Assembly (NCBI RefSeq): GCF_009914755.1
Contig: NC_060933.1
Source of the DNA: the human T2T-CHM13v2.0 reference genome, Homo sapiens
Reading direction: 5' to 3' (one strand)
Length of the DNA stretch: 64,000 nucleotides
Position numbers and translations under genes: made by a program. Positions 40,641-57,077 of this stretch are shown piece after piece (the first letter of the stretch is position 1; each line of letters opens with the position of its first letter). The notes below the pieces were generated by a model. It was not told the origin of the DNA. It saw only the letters and a list, made by a program, of their open reading frames with translations, and did not search any database.

Positions 40641-43432
40641 GGGAGTGTTTGTGGTGGTATGAAAATGTTGAGAAAACTATACTTCCCAATTTCCTGAGCA
40701 GTTGGGAGAAGCTACTTGATGCAACTCTGGCAAATGAGAAGCAAACAAGATACTAGCCGATGTCTCTGAGAAAGCTCTTTAAAGGATATAATCACTTCTT
40801 GTTTGTTCTTTCTCACTGAATCTTATTCTGTAAATGCATTGTCAAGTGATGTGACAACAGTGTTATGCTTCAAGCCTAAGCAAGACTCTAAGAATACTGG
40901 AGTGAGAGGATTCCACCAGTCTTGGTTCTTGAATCTTTCTTTGCTCATTTTGGCACTCAGTCTCCAGATATCTTGTTGGGGGAAGAATAGTGGCAGGAAC
41001 TAACTTTTTTAATCTACTAGTTTTATTTTGTCTTCTATAAAGAAATTAAAATCTACATAATCTCTAACTAATAGTAATAGCTTTGCTTTAGGAAAAAAAC
41101 AAGTGTCCATATTATAAATATCTCAAGCTTCTTCTTATGTTCAAGCTGTTTTCAAATGTATTTTTTTTCAGTCATTCCTATTTATCATTTCTCAACTACA
41201 ATGGGCAAGGTACCCTACTAAGCTTCAGAGATAAAGATAAAAGAAACAATATTATTATTTCCTCAGAAAGTCTCTGAGGATAGTGAAGACAAAATTAATG
41301 GAACTGCTAGTGTTTTGTGATAATTGTGTGTAAACTATCAGGAGAATAGGAGAATATTAGACAAGATAGGAAATGAATCTCAATAAAAAAGAAAATACAA
41401 TAAAATGTCACTGTTAAATCATTTAAAACATACGATAAAGGCAGGAGGAGCTATTGCTGACAAATTCCTAATTTTATATCTGTTACCTCAGCATCATATA
41501 TGAAGTCATAAAACAAAACCTGAGTTTTAAATTTCCAAAACTATCTGTTGCCTATCCACATGATTTTTCTTTTACTGTGTCACAGACTAGTATATTTTCA
41601 AGTGCCTAGCTAGGCTCAATTTTATTTTTGTTTCAGTTTTATAGTATTTAATAACATCTTTTCTCCCCAAAGACCTTTGCTTAGAAACCAAGAGATACAC
41701 AATGAGGAGCAAGTGTTGTGCTAAGTACCCCTCTGTGGCACGACCTGTGGGCACGCACCTGCCTTCCTCCCAGTGTGCTGATTGCATTCCTCTCACTCCC
41801 GTTGTCAGATTTGCTTCCTGAGCTCTAGACTTTGTCATTAGTTATGACTCATCAATTGTGGCATAATCATATCAATTCCAGCCCAGTGTCTTCTGTCCTC
41901 ATTTAAATACAAATTTTTCTTCTATTGCCAAGCTATCAAATATGTTTCATTCACTGAGTCTTTGTAATAAAAGGTGAAACAGCACAGTCTGCACTCAACA
42001 GCCAGATTTTTTTTAAAAGGTTGTAACATTCGAATGATTTGCAGGCATTTTTCTAACACATTCTTTATTTTTGAAAACCTAACATCTATGACACCACGTA
42101 TGTATATCTGCTGATTGTAGTTAGCAGTCTCATTCAACACTTATTAAAAAACATGAAATTGTCAATCCTATCAAGTTGTTTTTTGGTTGTTTTAAACAGC
42201 TCTCAGCCATCTTGGAACTGACCCAGAGTGTAAAGGTCTTGAGGATTCTCTTCATCAGTATTACCTGAATACAAGCCTTCTGAAAGGAAAAAGAAACTCT
42301 AGCTTTTCAAACCAGAAAGTCTAGTAAAATTCAATATTGTAAATTGAATTTCTTTATTTTTAACAAAATATAATAAATGGTAGACAAATCCATTCTTACA
42401 GTTCTATTTACAATCCTCTTTCAGTTTTATCTACGTAAGCACCACCATGTAGGTTTATTATATTTTCTGTTCACATTTTTTTTCCTACATTTTATTAGTT
42501 GCATTTCCCCCTACATTTTTATTTTAGTGCTGACCTTCAATTCCTCAGGGGTCAGTTCCTTGTGCATAAATAATACTTCCATGTTTCATGAGGTCAGTTA
42601 CCGCTCAAATCGGCACAAATGGCAGAAAATAAAAACAACAGAATCCAAAACTTCTCCCTGAGATTTTATCACATGTTATAATTTTGAATTCCCACTTTGG
42701 TAGCTTTTACTTTATTGACAGATTGAAGTTTAACTGTAGCCAATTTTAAAAGACAGAAGTACGACTGAGTTATCATATAGTTCAGTGACAAATCATATTA
42801 ACATTATATTTTGATATATCTCAATACAAATACAGATAATTCTCTGATATCTTAGACCCATCTCAGATACTTTTGTTTCTACATTAAAAATAGAAATAAT
42901 TCAGGAAAATAAAATTGGTGAAAATTACAAAGCAAATATCCAATTTTTTCGAAAGAACAAACTTGTCTCTAATTGTCATTCAATGCAATTTCATTTTTGT
43001 CTTCTGTAGTTCTTTAAATATGTATTCAGGAAAAGTTTCCAGATCTGTAAAAAAATCTAGCAGCTTTCATGACTTCTTTTGGTTATTGGTATTTAACAGA
43101 TAGTTATATTATGTTGTAAACCACAATTTTATTTCAGAAATTATAATATGAATTTCTATATTTTAATTAAAATATAATTCAGATATGTTTTCTCCCCTAC
43201 CTCTTTCATCTGTAGGCTGTGGGAAGGGGTCATTCTTGGTTTCTTTTCCTTTTCAGCAGTCTTCACCTTACTTACCCCCTCTCCTATTGGATAACTGCTT
43301 CTACTGACCACTCTAGGACTGAAGTCTGGAAATAGGAGTGGTAATGAAGAGAGAAATTTCTTTCTTAACTGATAGTAAGTGATCATTTAATCTACAACTG
43401 TCAATTCCCATGAAACTTTTCACTTTCTAGAA

Positions 43433-43662
43433 TAAGCTTGTCCAACCCACAGCCCAAAGGCCACACACAGTCCAGGACAGCTTTGAATGAGGCCCAATAG
43501 AAATTGGTAAACTTTTAAAAAACATTATGGGATTTTTTTTGGTGATTTTTTTTTTCTTTAGCTTGTCAGCTATCGTTAGTGTTAGTGCATTTTATATGTG
43601 GCCCAAGACAATTCGTCTTCTTGCAGTGTGGCCCAGAGAAGCTAAACGATTGAACACCCCTG
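43433..43662 (-). mobile_element. MER30 (hAT-Charlie MITE), complete
   Basis: AAGCTTGTCCAACCC ... TTGAACACCCCTG termini; perfect 8-bp TSD TTCTAGAA at 43425-43432 and 43663-43670. Confidence 0.92.
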
Positions 43663-44079
43663 TTCTAGAAGTTCATTCCATGCAATGGAATCCCACCCAA
43701 GTGTTCTTAAAGCACACTTGGCTTCAAGCCATCTGCCATCTTTCATTGCTCATGTGGATCATTTCCGATCTGGGTTAAAAGGTAATGCATTCGTGGGCCC
43801 TGAAATCCAGAAAGTGAAACCCCAGGTCAGCTACTTAATTTGCAGGATCCCTTTTACAAACAAAAGAAATTATAATAGAATTTTTTTTCCTATGGTTTCT
43901 TTCTTGACCTGTCATGATGTTTTTTCTTTGCTCTTAATTTCACTCTGCCTTGGAAACAGGGATGCTCACAGAGCGCTCAAAATTACTCAGGATATGACCC
44001 TGAGTCTCCTTGTATTTGGCCTCAGACCCCTGCTGGGTAAGAGGTGGTGTAGTGGTCTCTAGGTATCAGTGGGGGAGCA

Positions 44080-44285
44080 AGATGGCAAAAGGTGAGATCA
44101 CATGTGAGCTGAGGCCCCATGCTCCTGGCTCATGCTCCATTGTCCCATCAGAGTTCACTTACAAAACACAAATTCAAAGATAAAATTATTAAGGATTTCA
44201 AGACAGTAACAGTAAAGTTTTGAAGGATCCACTGAATGTGGGTTCTTATACAACTACAGTGGTCACAAACCCATGAAATTGACAA
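44080..44285. mobile_element. hAT-Tip100 (MER91/Zaphod-like) end fragment
   Basis: CACTTACAAAACACAAATTCAAAGATAAAATTATTAAGGATTTCAAGA ... GGTCACAAACCCATGAA. Confidence 0.6.
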
Positions 44286-44719
44286 TCTAAATGTATTAGC
44301 AGCTGTTCTTTAATTTACCAGCAAAACAGCTTATCAGCCTTTGTCTTTTACTCTAATTCTGGAAAATAATTAATTAAACATCAGACTCCTGTGCCACTCC
44401 TAAATTTTGGAGATATTCATCGAGCTTTATAAATACTCTCCCCTCACCTGAGTGGAGAAACATTGCTACCCTCCCATCCAATGTGGCTATTCTAGAACAC
44501 CTTTCCCAACTAAAGTTTTCATGAGAAAGAAAATTCTTATTTTCCTCAATTCTGGTAATTATTTGTGGTGTTTTGCATTGTGTCATCTTGAGTAGGCAAA
44601 AAAGTACGTTTTTTTTCAAGATGTCCTTCTCTGTATTATCCAAAAGAGGAACTTGTACGTAACTAGGAAAAAGGAAGTAAGGTGGTGGCCCTTATTCTCT
44701 GAAGGTCATCATAATCAAA

Positions 44720-45118
44720 TGCAGTATCGGATCAATGCAGAGGTTCCAGCCGGCTTGCAACCTGTCCTAAATCTGCTCTATTCCACGTTCAACACCTTTG
44801 CCTACTGTTGCCTCTGTCCATCAACAGCAGCCCAAGACTCACCAAAAGATTCTTAGATGTGAATCAACAGAGGTTGTAGCTACACAAAATCACAGCCTCT
44901 CAAAGGGCATCCCAGGAGCAACCCTTACATAAAGAGATATGTTTGGTATTTCATATTGACTTGTTAGTGAGAGGTCCTCTGATTCTTGAACTTCCCTTTC
45001 AGACCTTGAGTTTCCCAGCTACTTGTACAGCTCTACACATCTAATTCCTTTAATAAGTCCTTTATCCCATAAAACACATTACTAACTTTGCTCCCCTGTC
45101 TGACTCCTGTCTGATATA
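44720..45118 (+). mobile_element. Probable old ERVL-type solo LTR
   Basis: AATAAG polyA-like signal followed by CCTGTCTGATATA, resembling a degenerate LTR end; family not determined. Confidence 0.35.
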
Positions 45119-46004
45119 TCATTTTGTACTTGTATTTTGAGTTAAGCAAGTTCTTACCAAGTAATTTTAAAATCTACATCTTGTAATTCTATTGATTTAT
45201 TTCCTATGGTCTTAGTCAAATTTTTGATTTTATAATCTAACTTTACTGGCACTAATTCTTTATGCTGTGGTCATTGTATCGGAGACAAAATCAAAGTGTC
45301 ATACATCAAAAAAGCAATGTGGAAAGGAGTAAAGAAGTCCCTGGAAATACTAGGTGCTCATATTGTAAAAATTTACCTTGGGCAGTTATCCCTAGGCTTT
45401 CTACAAAAAACAGGTTGACATTAGATCTAGCAGTTTAATCTGTATTGTCTTTTATTTGTCACAAATGTGTGTCATGCCTATAATTCCCAGAAATTACACT
45501 GCTTCAGCCTCACTGATAGTAAACCTGTGTGCTCATAGCTCTTATGATATATATCTAATTAGTGCCTGCAGGGAAAATACCCCTAAAGGTTCTGTCCTAT
45601 GTTCTGATAACGGATTCTTTCACTGTTACTTCCATGAAAGACGTTTTCTTCTCTTACAATAAGAAGACCAGGATATTCTGCCTCACTATCAGTTTGTGTA
45701 GAGGTTGATCTGTTCTCCATTTTAGAAAATCAGCAGTTGGACCAATATTGCTTCTGAAACTGTGATATATGCACTTTGCATTTTATAATTTTATTCATTC
45801 TGAGAACATCAGACATGAAGATTTTGCTTCATCATATATTCCCTGACTTTCTCCCCATTTTTTTTTATTCCTTCCTTCAGCTTGACTCAGGCTATGCACA
45901 CTCTGGGCTTTGAAGATATGGCCTAGCTTTGGTCTCTGGGGACTGGTTGTGCTGTGCCAAACATTTCTTGTGCCATGGTCCCTCTTTCCAGAATAACTTG
46001 TTTT

Positions 46005-46480
46005 TACTTTTATTATTGGAAGTGATTGTGCAGAATCGATATAATTTCCTGATTAAATGTTTGGTAAGATTTAGCAGTGAACTTATCTAGCCCTGGTGCT
46101 TTCTATTTAGCAGGGTATTAATTATTAATTCAGTTTCTTTAATAGATAAAGGCCTGTTCAGATTATCTGTTTCTCCTCATGTGAGTTTTGGTTGATTGTG
46201 TCCTTCAAGGAATTGGTACATTTCACCCTCGTCATTAAATTTTTGTGCATAAAGTTGTTCATAATATTCCTTTACTATCCTTTAATGTACATGGGATCAC
46301 TAATGATGTCCTCTCTTTCATTTCTGGTATTAATAATTTATGTCATCTCTATTTGTTTTAGTTAATCTTGATAGAAGTTTATCAATATTATTGATGTTTT
46401 CAAATAACTAGCTTTTTTCTTTCATCAGTTTTTCTTCTATTTATTTTTTGGTTTTAATTTTATTGATTTCTAATTCAACA
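46005..46480 (-). mobile_element. L1M ORF2 fragment
   Basis: TAAATGTTTGGTAAG ... CAGTGAACTTATCTAGCCCTGG ... CAAGGAATTGGTACATTTCA. Confidence 0.75.
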
Positions 46481-47024
46481 CAATTTTGAAAATGCATAAA
46501 GTAAAGCACAGTATTATAAAAGGTACCAATTCTGTTGAAACATACTTAAATATTTTTTAAATAATTTTTAAAATTATACTAAAAGGTTTTTTCTAATGCA
46601 TTAATAAGACAACATGTATGAACTACAAGCAATAAATTTTATTTGTTAAAGGCAGATTAGTGTTAAGGTATTCTCTTTAATTTGAAGAAATTATTAAACC
46701 ATGAGGTAAAATTTGATAAATCCTCATATATATCATGTTAGATATCTAAATGATTTATTTTTGTTGTTTCTTTATAATTTATTTTTATTGCTTGTCTGTT
46801 TACCAATGTTAAATATATTGATTTGTAAGGATTTACTCTTCCAAGTGTAACTAAGGTTTTCATAATTCACACCAGATGAAGGCAGGTGTCTCTCAAGAAA
46901 ACTTCAAATTTTACAAGATTATTTGGTGAAACTCCAACTAGAGTAATTTTTTTCTGCTAAGATTTAAAATGGAAATTCTTAATATTTTGCAGCTTGGAAG
47001 AGTAATTTCTAAAACCTCAGTGTG

Positions 47025-48300
47025 ATTTTCAGCTTCTGATTAGGATGTAGAAAGGTGAAAAGAATGATGCTCCCACCCTTAAGGTGAGAAATATTTGAAT
47101 TATCTACAAAGTCATAAGTTGTTTTCAGCCCACCAGAGATGAAGTTGCATGGCAACCAAGTAAACTGATTCCAGAGAGGGACAAGCCCTCAAGGATGGAA
47201 AGGACACAAAAAAGTTTCATCTTTGACCAATCAAAAAATGAAGAGGAAGTCACCATATAATCATATAAGAAATCAGCTAAACTTTAATAAATTCTTAAAG
47301 GCTAAATGTGGGTAAATTGTAAGTTTAGAATAGCAGGAGGCCTCAGGCACAAGAAATGGTCATTTCTTAAACTCTTTTACATGGAACTTTGTCTGTTGAA
47401 GGGAAAGACTGGGAACTGGGCCGAAGATGAGAGAGACCCTGCTGCATAGTGCAGGCTTCGGGTAATAATCAGTTGCTGCTGGGGGACTGGCAAAAAGCCT
47501 TGCCCACTACCCCAGAACATTCTTTCTTAGGAAGCAAAAGCTTTAAGCCACTATAGAAGAGACAGCACAACTGTCATTTCCACTAATCACAGGCAAAGAT
47601 GCACTGAGGCTTGGGAACAAGTGGAAGAATGCATCCTATATCTTTGGAAGAGTGCTAGGAAACAGTTGTGGCTAAGATTCTATACCAATAACAAGAAGAA
47701 GCCTTTAACTACTATAGAGTGGTAAATATTTCCACCCAAAACCAACCACAGATCCAAGACAGAGTTTCATTGTCATAGATGAGTTGGACACAATGCAAGA
47801 ACACTAAGAATGCCCCATTTTGAGAAAAAAAAAATTCAGCTTAATTCAATGACAGTAGTCTAAAACCAACATAACAAAAAGACAAAAAGGAATGAAAACT
47901 TGGACTTTTTTTCACACAGGACATACCTAAGATTGAATGAGGCTGAGACAGGGCAACATAAAACACCCCACTTTTTACCCCTATGCCAAGCCTGATACCA
48001 AATAATAAGCATCAGCTGTCTACGTATTGAGTAAGGGAAAGAGGAAAGACAGAGAACACCTCGGCGGTGCAGGAAGGTAAGGATGCTGAAAGCTGAGAGG
48101 GGAACAGAGGTACTAAACAAAATCCTCCAGCACCCCAGGACCCACCTTAAACCCAGCCAACATCAGCCATTCCTATAGGAATTTGAAGCCTGTGTGGACT
48201 GAAGGTAATGATAATCACGATAAAATCTATATCTAGCTCAAACCCCTGACTAAAACAGTTTGCTGTCTCATACAAATTGTCGGACAAAATGATGTGCTCT
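47025..48300 (+). mobile_element. Old L1M (MC/MD-like) 5' region
   Basis: CAGCTTCTGATTAGGATGTAGAAAG start and GTTGCATGGCAACCAAG resemble recalled L1M 5' ends. Confidence 0.5.
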
Positions 48301-49974
48301 TTTGCTGGCATAAATATTATTTTAAGAGTAATTACTGCTACCTACTTGATTTTGGAATAAAACATATGCTAGCCTTAGCTAGGCAATTTGTTTTTCTATA
48401 TTCAGAAGTAGCATAATAAATAACAGATTCTTAAAATTCTGATAGAATTTACTTATCTGAGGATTTGAAGGAATGATCTTTAATAGACTAAGAAATAAAT
48501 ATTGAAATGATTCTTAGATACTTCCTGTAAAATCCTATATTCGTTATCTTTAGTTCCTATTATTAATATGTCTTAGTTGTTACAGTCCTTACATCTTTCC
48601 GTCTCTAGCATTCACATTTATTACAATGAAGCTATTTTAATACTTAAAATTTTTTAATTGTGCATATTACACAGTCTCTCTTATTGTCTTGGTTAACCTT
48701 CCACAGGTTTCTGTATCCTAAATGTTTTCTCAAAAACTAACTTTTGGTTAGATTAACATTCTTTGTTGTTGCTTTAAAGATTTTTGTTCATTAACTATTT
48801 CTATTGGGTTTCCTCCACTGCTCTTTCTCCAATTTTTAATTGAAAAATAGAGCTCGTATAATTTTAATCTTTAATAATAAATGTATTTCAATGTACATAT
48901 TTTTACCTTAAATTATATTATGTCATGTTGTCATGTAAATATTGCCCCTCTAGCTTTTTAGTATTTAAGCCTGGTGTGTTATAAAATAATTTTAATGTTA
49001 GTAGTTATATACATATATATTTTCTTTTAAATTTTAACTTATGTCAACAACATGTTTTGGCTCTTATTAAAAAATTTATAAAAGTCAGGATCCTTTAATT
49101 ACTGCTTTTAACTTATTTGCATTTATTGTCATTATTGTTACATTTAACTTAGTTCGGCCAATTTATATCATATTATACATTTACTCACATTTTTTGTTTG
49201 TTTCCTTTCCCCATTTCTCCTATTGTTGTCTATAGAATAGCTCACTATATTAGTTTAACAAGTATTTAAATTTGTCTCTGTGGTAATTATCTTAACATTT
49301 TAAATAGGAAAATAAATATTACTTTCTTAAACTATTGATATCTGTATATTGTATCTAAAGATACATTTGCTTTGTCATAGTCATGTGTTTCTTAGATTTC
49401 AATTTCATCTTTCTCATTATATAGATAATTTCTATAATTTCAATTCTGAATTGCTTTTGTTTTAAAATTTGCATTCTCTTTATTTTTTTCCTTGTTTTTC
49501 TCTTTTCTCTAAACTATAAACTGACTCTCTACTCAACTCTCTTCTTATGAAAATTGTATAAAATATGCATGGAGGTATCAAAAATATTCCAAGGCATTAA
49601 AGATTACAGGGCTAAAATACTGAAGAAAACAGCACTTCAGAGAATTGAGAACAATATGGACTATCCCTTGACCCATGAAAGATTTTCTCACATGTATGTG
49701 GCTATTGATAGACCAAAAACCTAAGCAGAAATATTCATAGTCTTATAGTTTTAAGAGAATAAAATATATGGCTCAAGACTTATCAATGAGAAAGGCCGAT
49801 TTATACACCCCAGGCTTCATTTGACACTTCAAAGGTTTAGGAATATTAATGGAAATAAATAGATTATAATTCACAATAATTGCAGTTTGGTCTCAAACCA
49901 GCTTAATCACTGATTATATGAATATGATCTGTAACACACCTTAGATAACCCTCCAAAAAACAGAGTTAGAGTTA

Positions 49975-50390
<416 letters not shown>

Positions 50391-51860
50391 GATGGAAAAA
50401 CTGTAAGTCACAGTCTCAGGAAGTGCCAGAGTGAAGCATGATAAATATGGAGACAACTACATAGCTCATATTAGAGAATTAACGACAAAGAGACTATCTT
50501 AAAAATAGTTCTAGGAAAAGGCATATTACCTTCAAAAAGTGGCAATATGACTTAGGGATGACTTCTCAAATGGAAGCCAACTGGTAACTAGAATTTTATT
50601 CCTAATAAAATATTATGGAATATGAGAAAAAAATAAATTCATGTTCAGGAAAACAAAAAATAAGGGAACTATCTATATCATTTATACATTACACCAAATG
50701 AAATAATAATGTCTTTCAAGCAGAAGAAAAATTATTTTAGATGTAAATGTAGAAATTTAGAAATGAAATCAAGAAAAGGAAGGACAAAACATCTGGATAA
50801 ATCTAAATAAATAGTGACTATATAAATAAAATCCATCATATAAAATTTAAAATAAATATCAACAAAACTACCTAACAAAATATCAAAAGTATTATAAGAT
50901 CTTCATAGTCTAAGAAAAGTAATGAAAATTTTACTTTATACTCAGACACTAATAAGTCAAGGAATCATGAAATAATATCTAGGGCAAAATCAAAAGATAC
51001 TTAAACTTACAGGAGATTACAAGGGCATATTGGAGAAAAAAATGCTTAATTGAGAAAAAAGGCAAGAAAGAGCAAGTCGAAAATACAACAGATGGAAAAA
51101 TAGCAAAGTGGTAGACCACAATCAAAATATCTTGAGCTAAATATAAATGATTTTCATACTTCAGCTAATAAAAATATCTAAAATGAATTTTAAAAGTAAT
51201 TGAATGTGTTTTATTAAAAATAAGAACTGAGGAAGTCTGAAAAAAAATGTAAAAATGGTCTGTTAGGCTGACATAATCAGAAGAAAGCTGAGATAGATGT
51301 ACTAACATCAGATGAAATAAATTTAGTGGCAAGAAGCAGTACTAAGACAAAAGAATACCTTTCAAAATGATAAAATGAGCAGTATACCATGATGTGACAA
51401 TTTAAAATTTGTATTAATGTAATAATGGGAGAAATATAATGCATCCATATCATACTGGGGACTTTTGCCCACTTTTCTTACACGGTTGGAAGAAGTAGAA
51501 AAAAATGTAATTAAGAATAATAAAGAATTAGATATCTCTATTAGCAAATTTGATCTAATTGATATATATAGCATAATATTAAACTCGATAAACTTAAAAT
51601 TGAATATGTAATGTGAATGCACATTTAATATTTATTCAAATGCTCTATATTGTGTCATAGATCAAGCCGTGACAAATTTTCATAATTGAAAATAGATATA
51701 ATACATTTTCTGACATCAGTTAAACTGTTAGAAATCATTTACAAAAGGACAACTTAATCCACAAATATTTTAAAATCAAGCAACATATTCCTAAATAATT
51801 CACAAGTCACAAAATTAGTCTCAATGGAAATTAGAAAATATTTTAAGAAAATGAGAATAA

Positions 51861-52168
51861 GCCGGGCGCGGTGGCTCACGCCTGTAATCCCAGCACTTTG
51901 GGAGGCCGAGGCGGGTGATCACGAGGTCAGCAGATCGAGACCATCCTGGCGAACACGGTGAAACCCCGTCTCTACTAAAAATACAAAAAATTAGCTGGGC
52001 GTGGTGGCGGGCGCTTGTAGTCCCAGCTACTCGGGAAGCTGAGGCAGGAGAATGGCATGAACCCAGGGGGGCGGAGCTTGCAGTGAGCCGAGATCGCGCC
52101 ACTGCACTCCAGCCTGGGGGACGGAGTGAAACTCCGTCTTCAAAAGAAAAAAAAAAGAAAGAAAAAGA
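51861..52168 (+). mobile_element. AluY
   Basis: CpG-rich; 16-bp TSD AAGAAAATGAGAATAA at 51845-51860 and 52169-52184. Confidence 0.95.
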
Positions 52169-52214
52169 AAGAAAATGAGAATAAATGTATGACATATTGA
52201 AACTCAAGAAAATG

Positions 52215-52435
52215 GATATCCTTGGTTACACAAAGTCATACAGATGGTAAAATGGTCATTGGAGACTCAGAGCGGGGAGGGTGACAGAGGAGTGAGGGAT
52301 GGAAACTTGCCTAGTGGGTACAGGGTACACTATTCAGGTGATGACTATATTAAAAGCCCAGACTTCACCACAATACAATAAACCATGTAACCAAAAACGC
52401 TTTAGCCCTAAAGCTATTGATTTTTTTTAAAAAAC
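52215..52435 (+). mobile_element. L1PB4/L1MA1-like 3' end
   Basis: CATTGGAGACTCAGA ... AAAAGCCCAGACTTCACCAC ... CCTAAAGCTATTGA. Confidence 0.75.
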
Positions 52436-54384
52436 TATAGCCTTAATGGTGATATTGCAAAGAATAAAAGATTAAATGCCAGTAGTCCAAATACCCACAG
52501 GTTGAAAATAGAACATGCTTAAAAATGGTACATTTAAAGAAGCTGAAAACCAAACAGTAAACCAAATCCAATGAAAATAGAAGTCATACAAGAGATATTA
52601 ATGGAAAATAATACATTCAAAAAGAATCACATAATCAAGGGGATCAAAAAAAAGCCAAAAGTTTTTCCTTGTAATAATGTTAAAATAATCTTTTACAAAA
52701 TTCAGAGACCAAAAAAAAGTGTGAGAGAGAGAGAGAGGGAGGGAGGGAGCACAGTAATATAAAAAGAAAAGGTATTACTACTGATCCTACAGAAGAAAGA
52801 AATTCAAAGTTATGAGCTACATTATTGCAGTACATATTTGACAGTTTCAATAAAATTTGTAAAAAACTTGAAAAAGTCACTTACCAAAACTGACATGAGA
52901 AGACATAAAAATCGGAATATTCCTGTAACTATTTTTAAAATCCATAATAAATAACTTTTTCTCATATATGTACAAAAGTTCTAGGTCCAGATGTTTCACT
53001 AGAGAATTCTCCAAAACATATTAACAGGAAAGAAAACTAACATTACTTACATATTTCCCCTATTGAAAAATTTCTCAGCTTGTTTTATAAGGTTACCGAT
53101 AATTTTAACATAGAAATGTGACAAGGACATTAGAAGAAAAGACAGTAACAGTCCAGTCTCTCTTACAACCTAGCTAAAAATAATTTAAATATTATACATA
53201 AAACTCCGCAATATGTAAACCACAAACATAGGTTGGGCTTGTTACAGGAATGAACGTGTTTTAATATTCAAAATTTTAAAACTGCAGTGTGTTTTTCTTA
53301 ACAGAATAAAAGCCAAAAATCATATGACATTCTCTATAACTAAAAAAAAAAAAAACTCCAAAGTCTATGAGTGACAAAGCCTATTACCTAAGTTGCAATG
53401 ATGAAAAAATATTTAAATTATTAAAGGCTACCTCCAAAATGACTGTGATGAGCACCTCTGTAATGGCAAAGTGTTGAACATTTTCCTACTGACATTGGGA
53501 ATGAGAAAATGATACTGACTATGATCAACTTTGTTCAACCTTACACCTGACAAAATTGCTAGTGAGAAAGTAAAGAAGAAATAAAAAAGATATAAGAACT
53601 TGAGGAGAAGTAATTAAGATAATTTTTCACCAAAAAAATGAACAATTTACAGATAAACTCTTATATGAATACATTTACAAGGTATGTCCCTATAAGATAA
53701 TATTTGAAATCAATTGCATTTCTTTTTTAAGGAAAGAAGAACTTCTAAAATTGAAATTTGAAAAAAAGATACCTCTAACAATAACATCAGAAACATCAAT
53801 TATACAGGAATTAATTTACTAACTAGAATAAAAAATCTGAAAATGAAAACCCAGAAAGCATTATGAGAAAATTGTTGAAACTTGGGACATTAGTTACCTG
53901 GAAAAGGTAGGCAAGTATTATCCTAGGAATGAGTTTAGGAGAATTCTGGGTTGTCAGTAATAGCTAATTCCCTAACCTGCATGGTTATTTATGTTTATTG
54001 CAAAATAGTAGCTTACTTTTTTTAATTTTATAATATCCATTGAATGTTTATTATGATATACCCATTGAGATCTATGTTTATGATTTGTATATTTTTTAGG
54101 GGTGTGAAACAACAATAAAACATTTATTTAAAAGAAAATTAATGAATAACAGTAAATTTTATTATGACATCAGATGATTTGTACATCTGATAGTTCTTGA
54201 CATATCATCTATATTTGAATTTCTTGTTTGAATAATTTCTCTAAAAATGTTTTTAGTACCCTGCTTTGGGTAGCAAACCACTTGAGGGAGGATGAGTCTG
54301 GGAATATTTTTTAAAATGCTCTCAATGTTCAACAGCATTTCATTTGGATATAAAATTCTACATTATAGCTGTTTTCCTTCTATA

Positions 54385-56062
<1,678 letters not shown>

Positions 56063-56785
56063 TTTAATATGCCATTACCTTCTTGCAATCCAGTTGCAGT
56101 AAAAGTTTGATAGAATGCTTTGGTCCTCTGCAGGTGACTATTTATTCTCGGTTATTGTTATCTTATAGTTAGAATTTTGTTTTGACTTAACCGAATTGGC
56201 TTAGAAACAGAAGGCACATTATTTTCAAGAGCATATAGGATATTTTACAAAATAAAACAACCATATGCTGGCTGTATAGCAAGTCACAGTCAATTTCAAG
56301 GAATTTAAATCATTCAGATTATGTCCTCTGGCCAAAACATCTGGAGAAAAGCACCACATTTTGTTTCTTTGTTTAAAATTCTATAGAGCATATATGTATA
56401 ATTTCTGTTATTTCTGATAAATGTAAGATAGTGTTAAAGTGGTTTAGTACTTCTTTTCTGTCCTCCTTGCACAGTCACCCTTACTGTTTTTGGATTTCTT
56501 GTGGTTTGTGTTGTGACACAAGCCTAATTTTTCCTCAGGTTTTAAAGCCTGCTACTTGTTTCTGAAGTACTGAGTCAGTGCTCAAGCGAATATTTTAATA
56601 TATATATCCATATCTTATCATTTCACCAAATTTAGATAGTTAAAAATTTTCAAAGATGACATTGATACATTTCTCCCAGTAGTTACATTTATTATGCCTT
56701 AGAAAGCAATAAGAAAAGGACTAAAAAACAGACTGGGATTTGGCAATTCAGGAATCAAATAATTATGTTTTAAAAAGATATTGTC

Positions 56786-57077
56786 GATTCTCCTGCCTCA
56801 GCCTCCTGAGTAGCTGGGACTACAGGTGCCTGCCACCATGCCCGGCTAATTTTTTGTATTTTTAGTAGAGATGGGGTTTCACCGTGTTAGCCAGGACGGT
56901 CTCGATCTCCTGACCTCGTGATCCACCCGCCTCAGCTTCCCAAAGTGCTGGGATTACAGGCGTGAGCCACTGCACCTAGCAGAGCTTACAGTGAGCCAAG
57001 ATCGCGCCACTGCACTCCAACCTGGGCAATAGAGCGAGACTCCATCTCAAAAAAAAAAAAAAGAAAGAAAAATAAAT
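56786..57077 (+). mobile_element. AluY with inverted 5' two-thirds
   Basis: Antisense Alu 56786-56980 joined to sense Alu 3' end and A tail; TSD AAAAAGATATTGTC at 56772-56785 and 57078-57091. Confidence 0.92.

Noticed and set aside
47144-47156. RFX-like GTTGCATGGCAAC
   Set aside because: Lies in a probable old L1 5' region, so likely repeat-inherited; no independent support.
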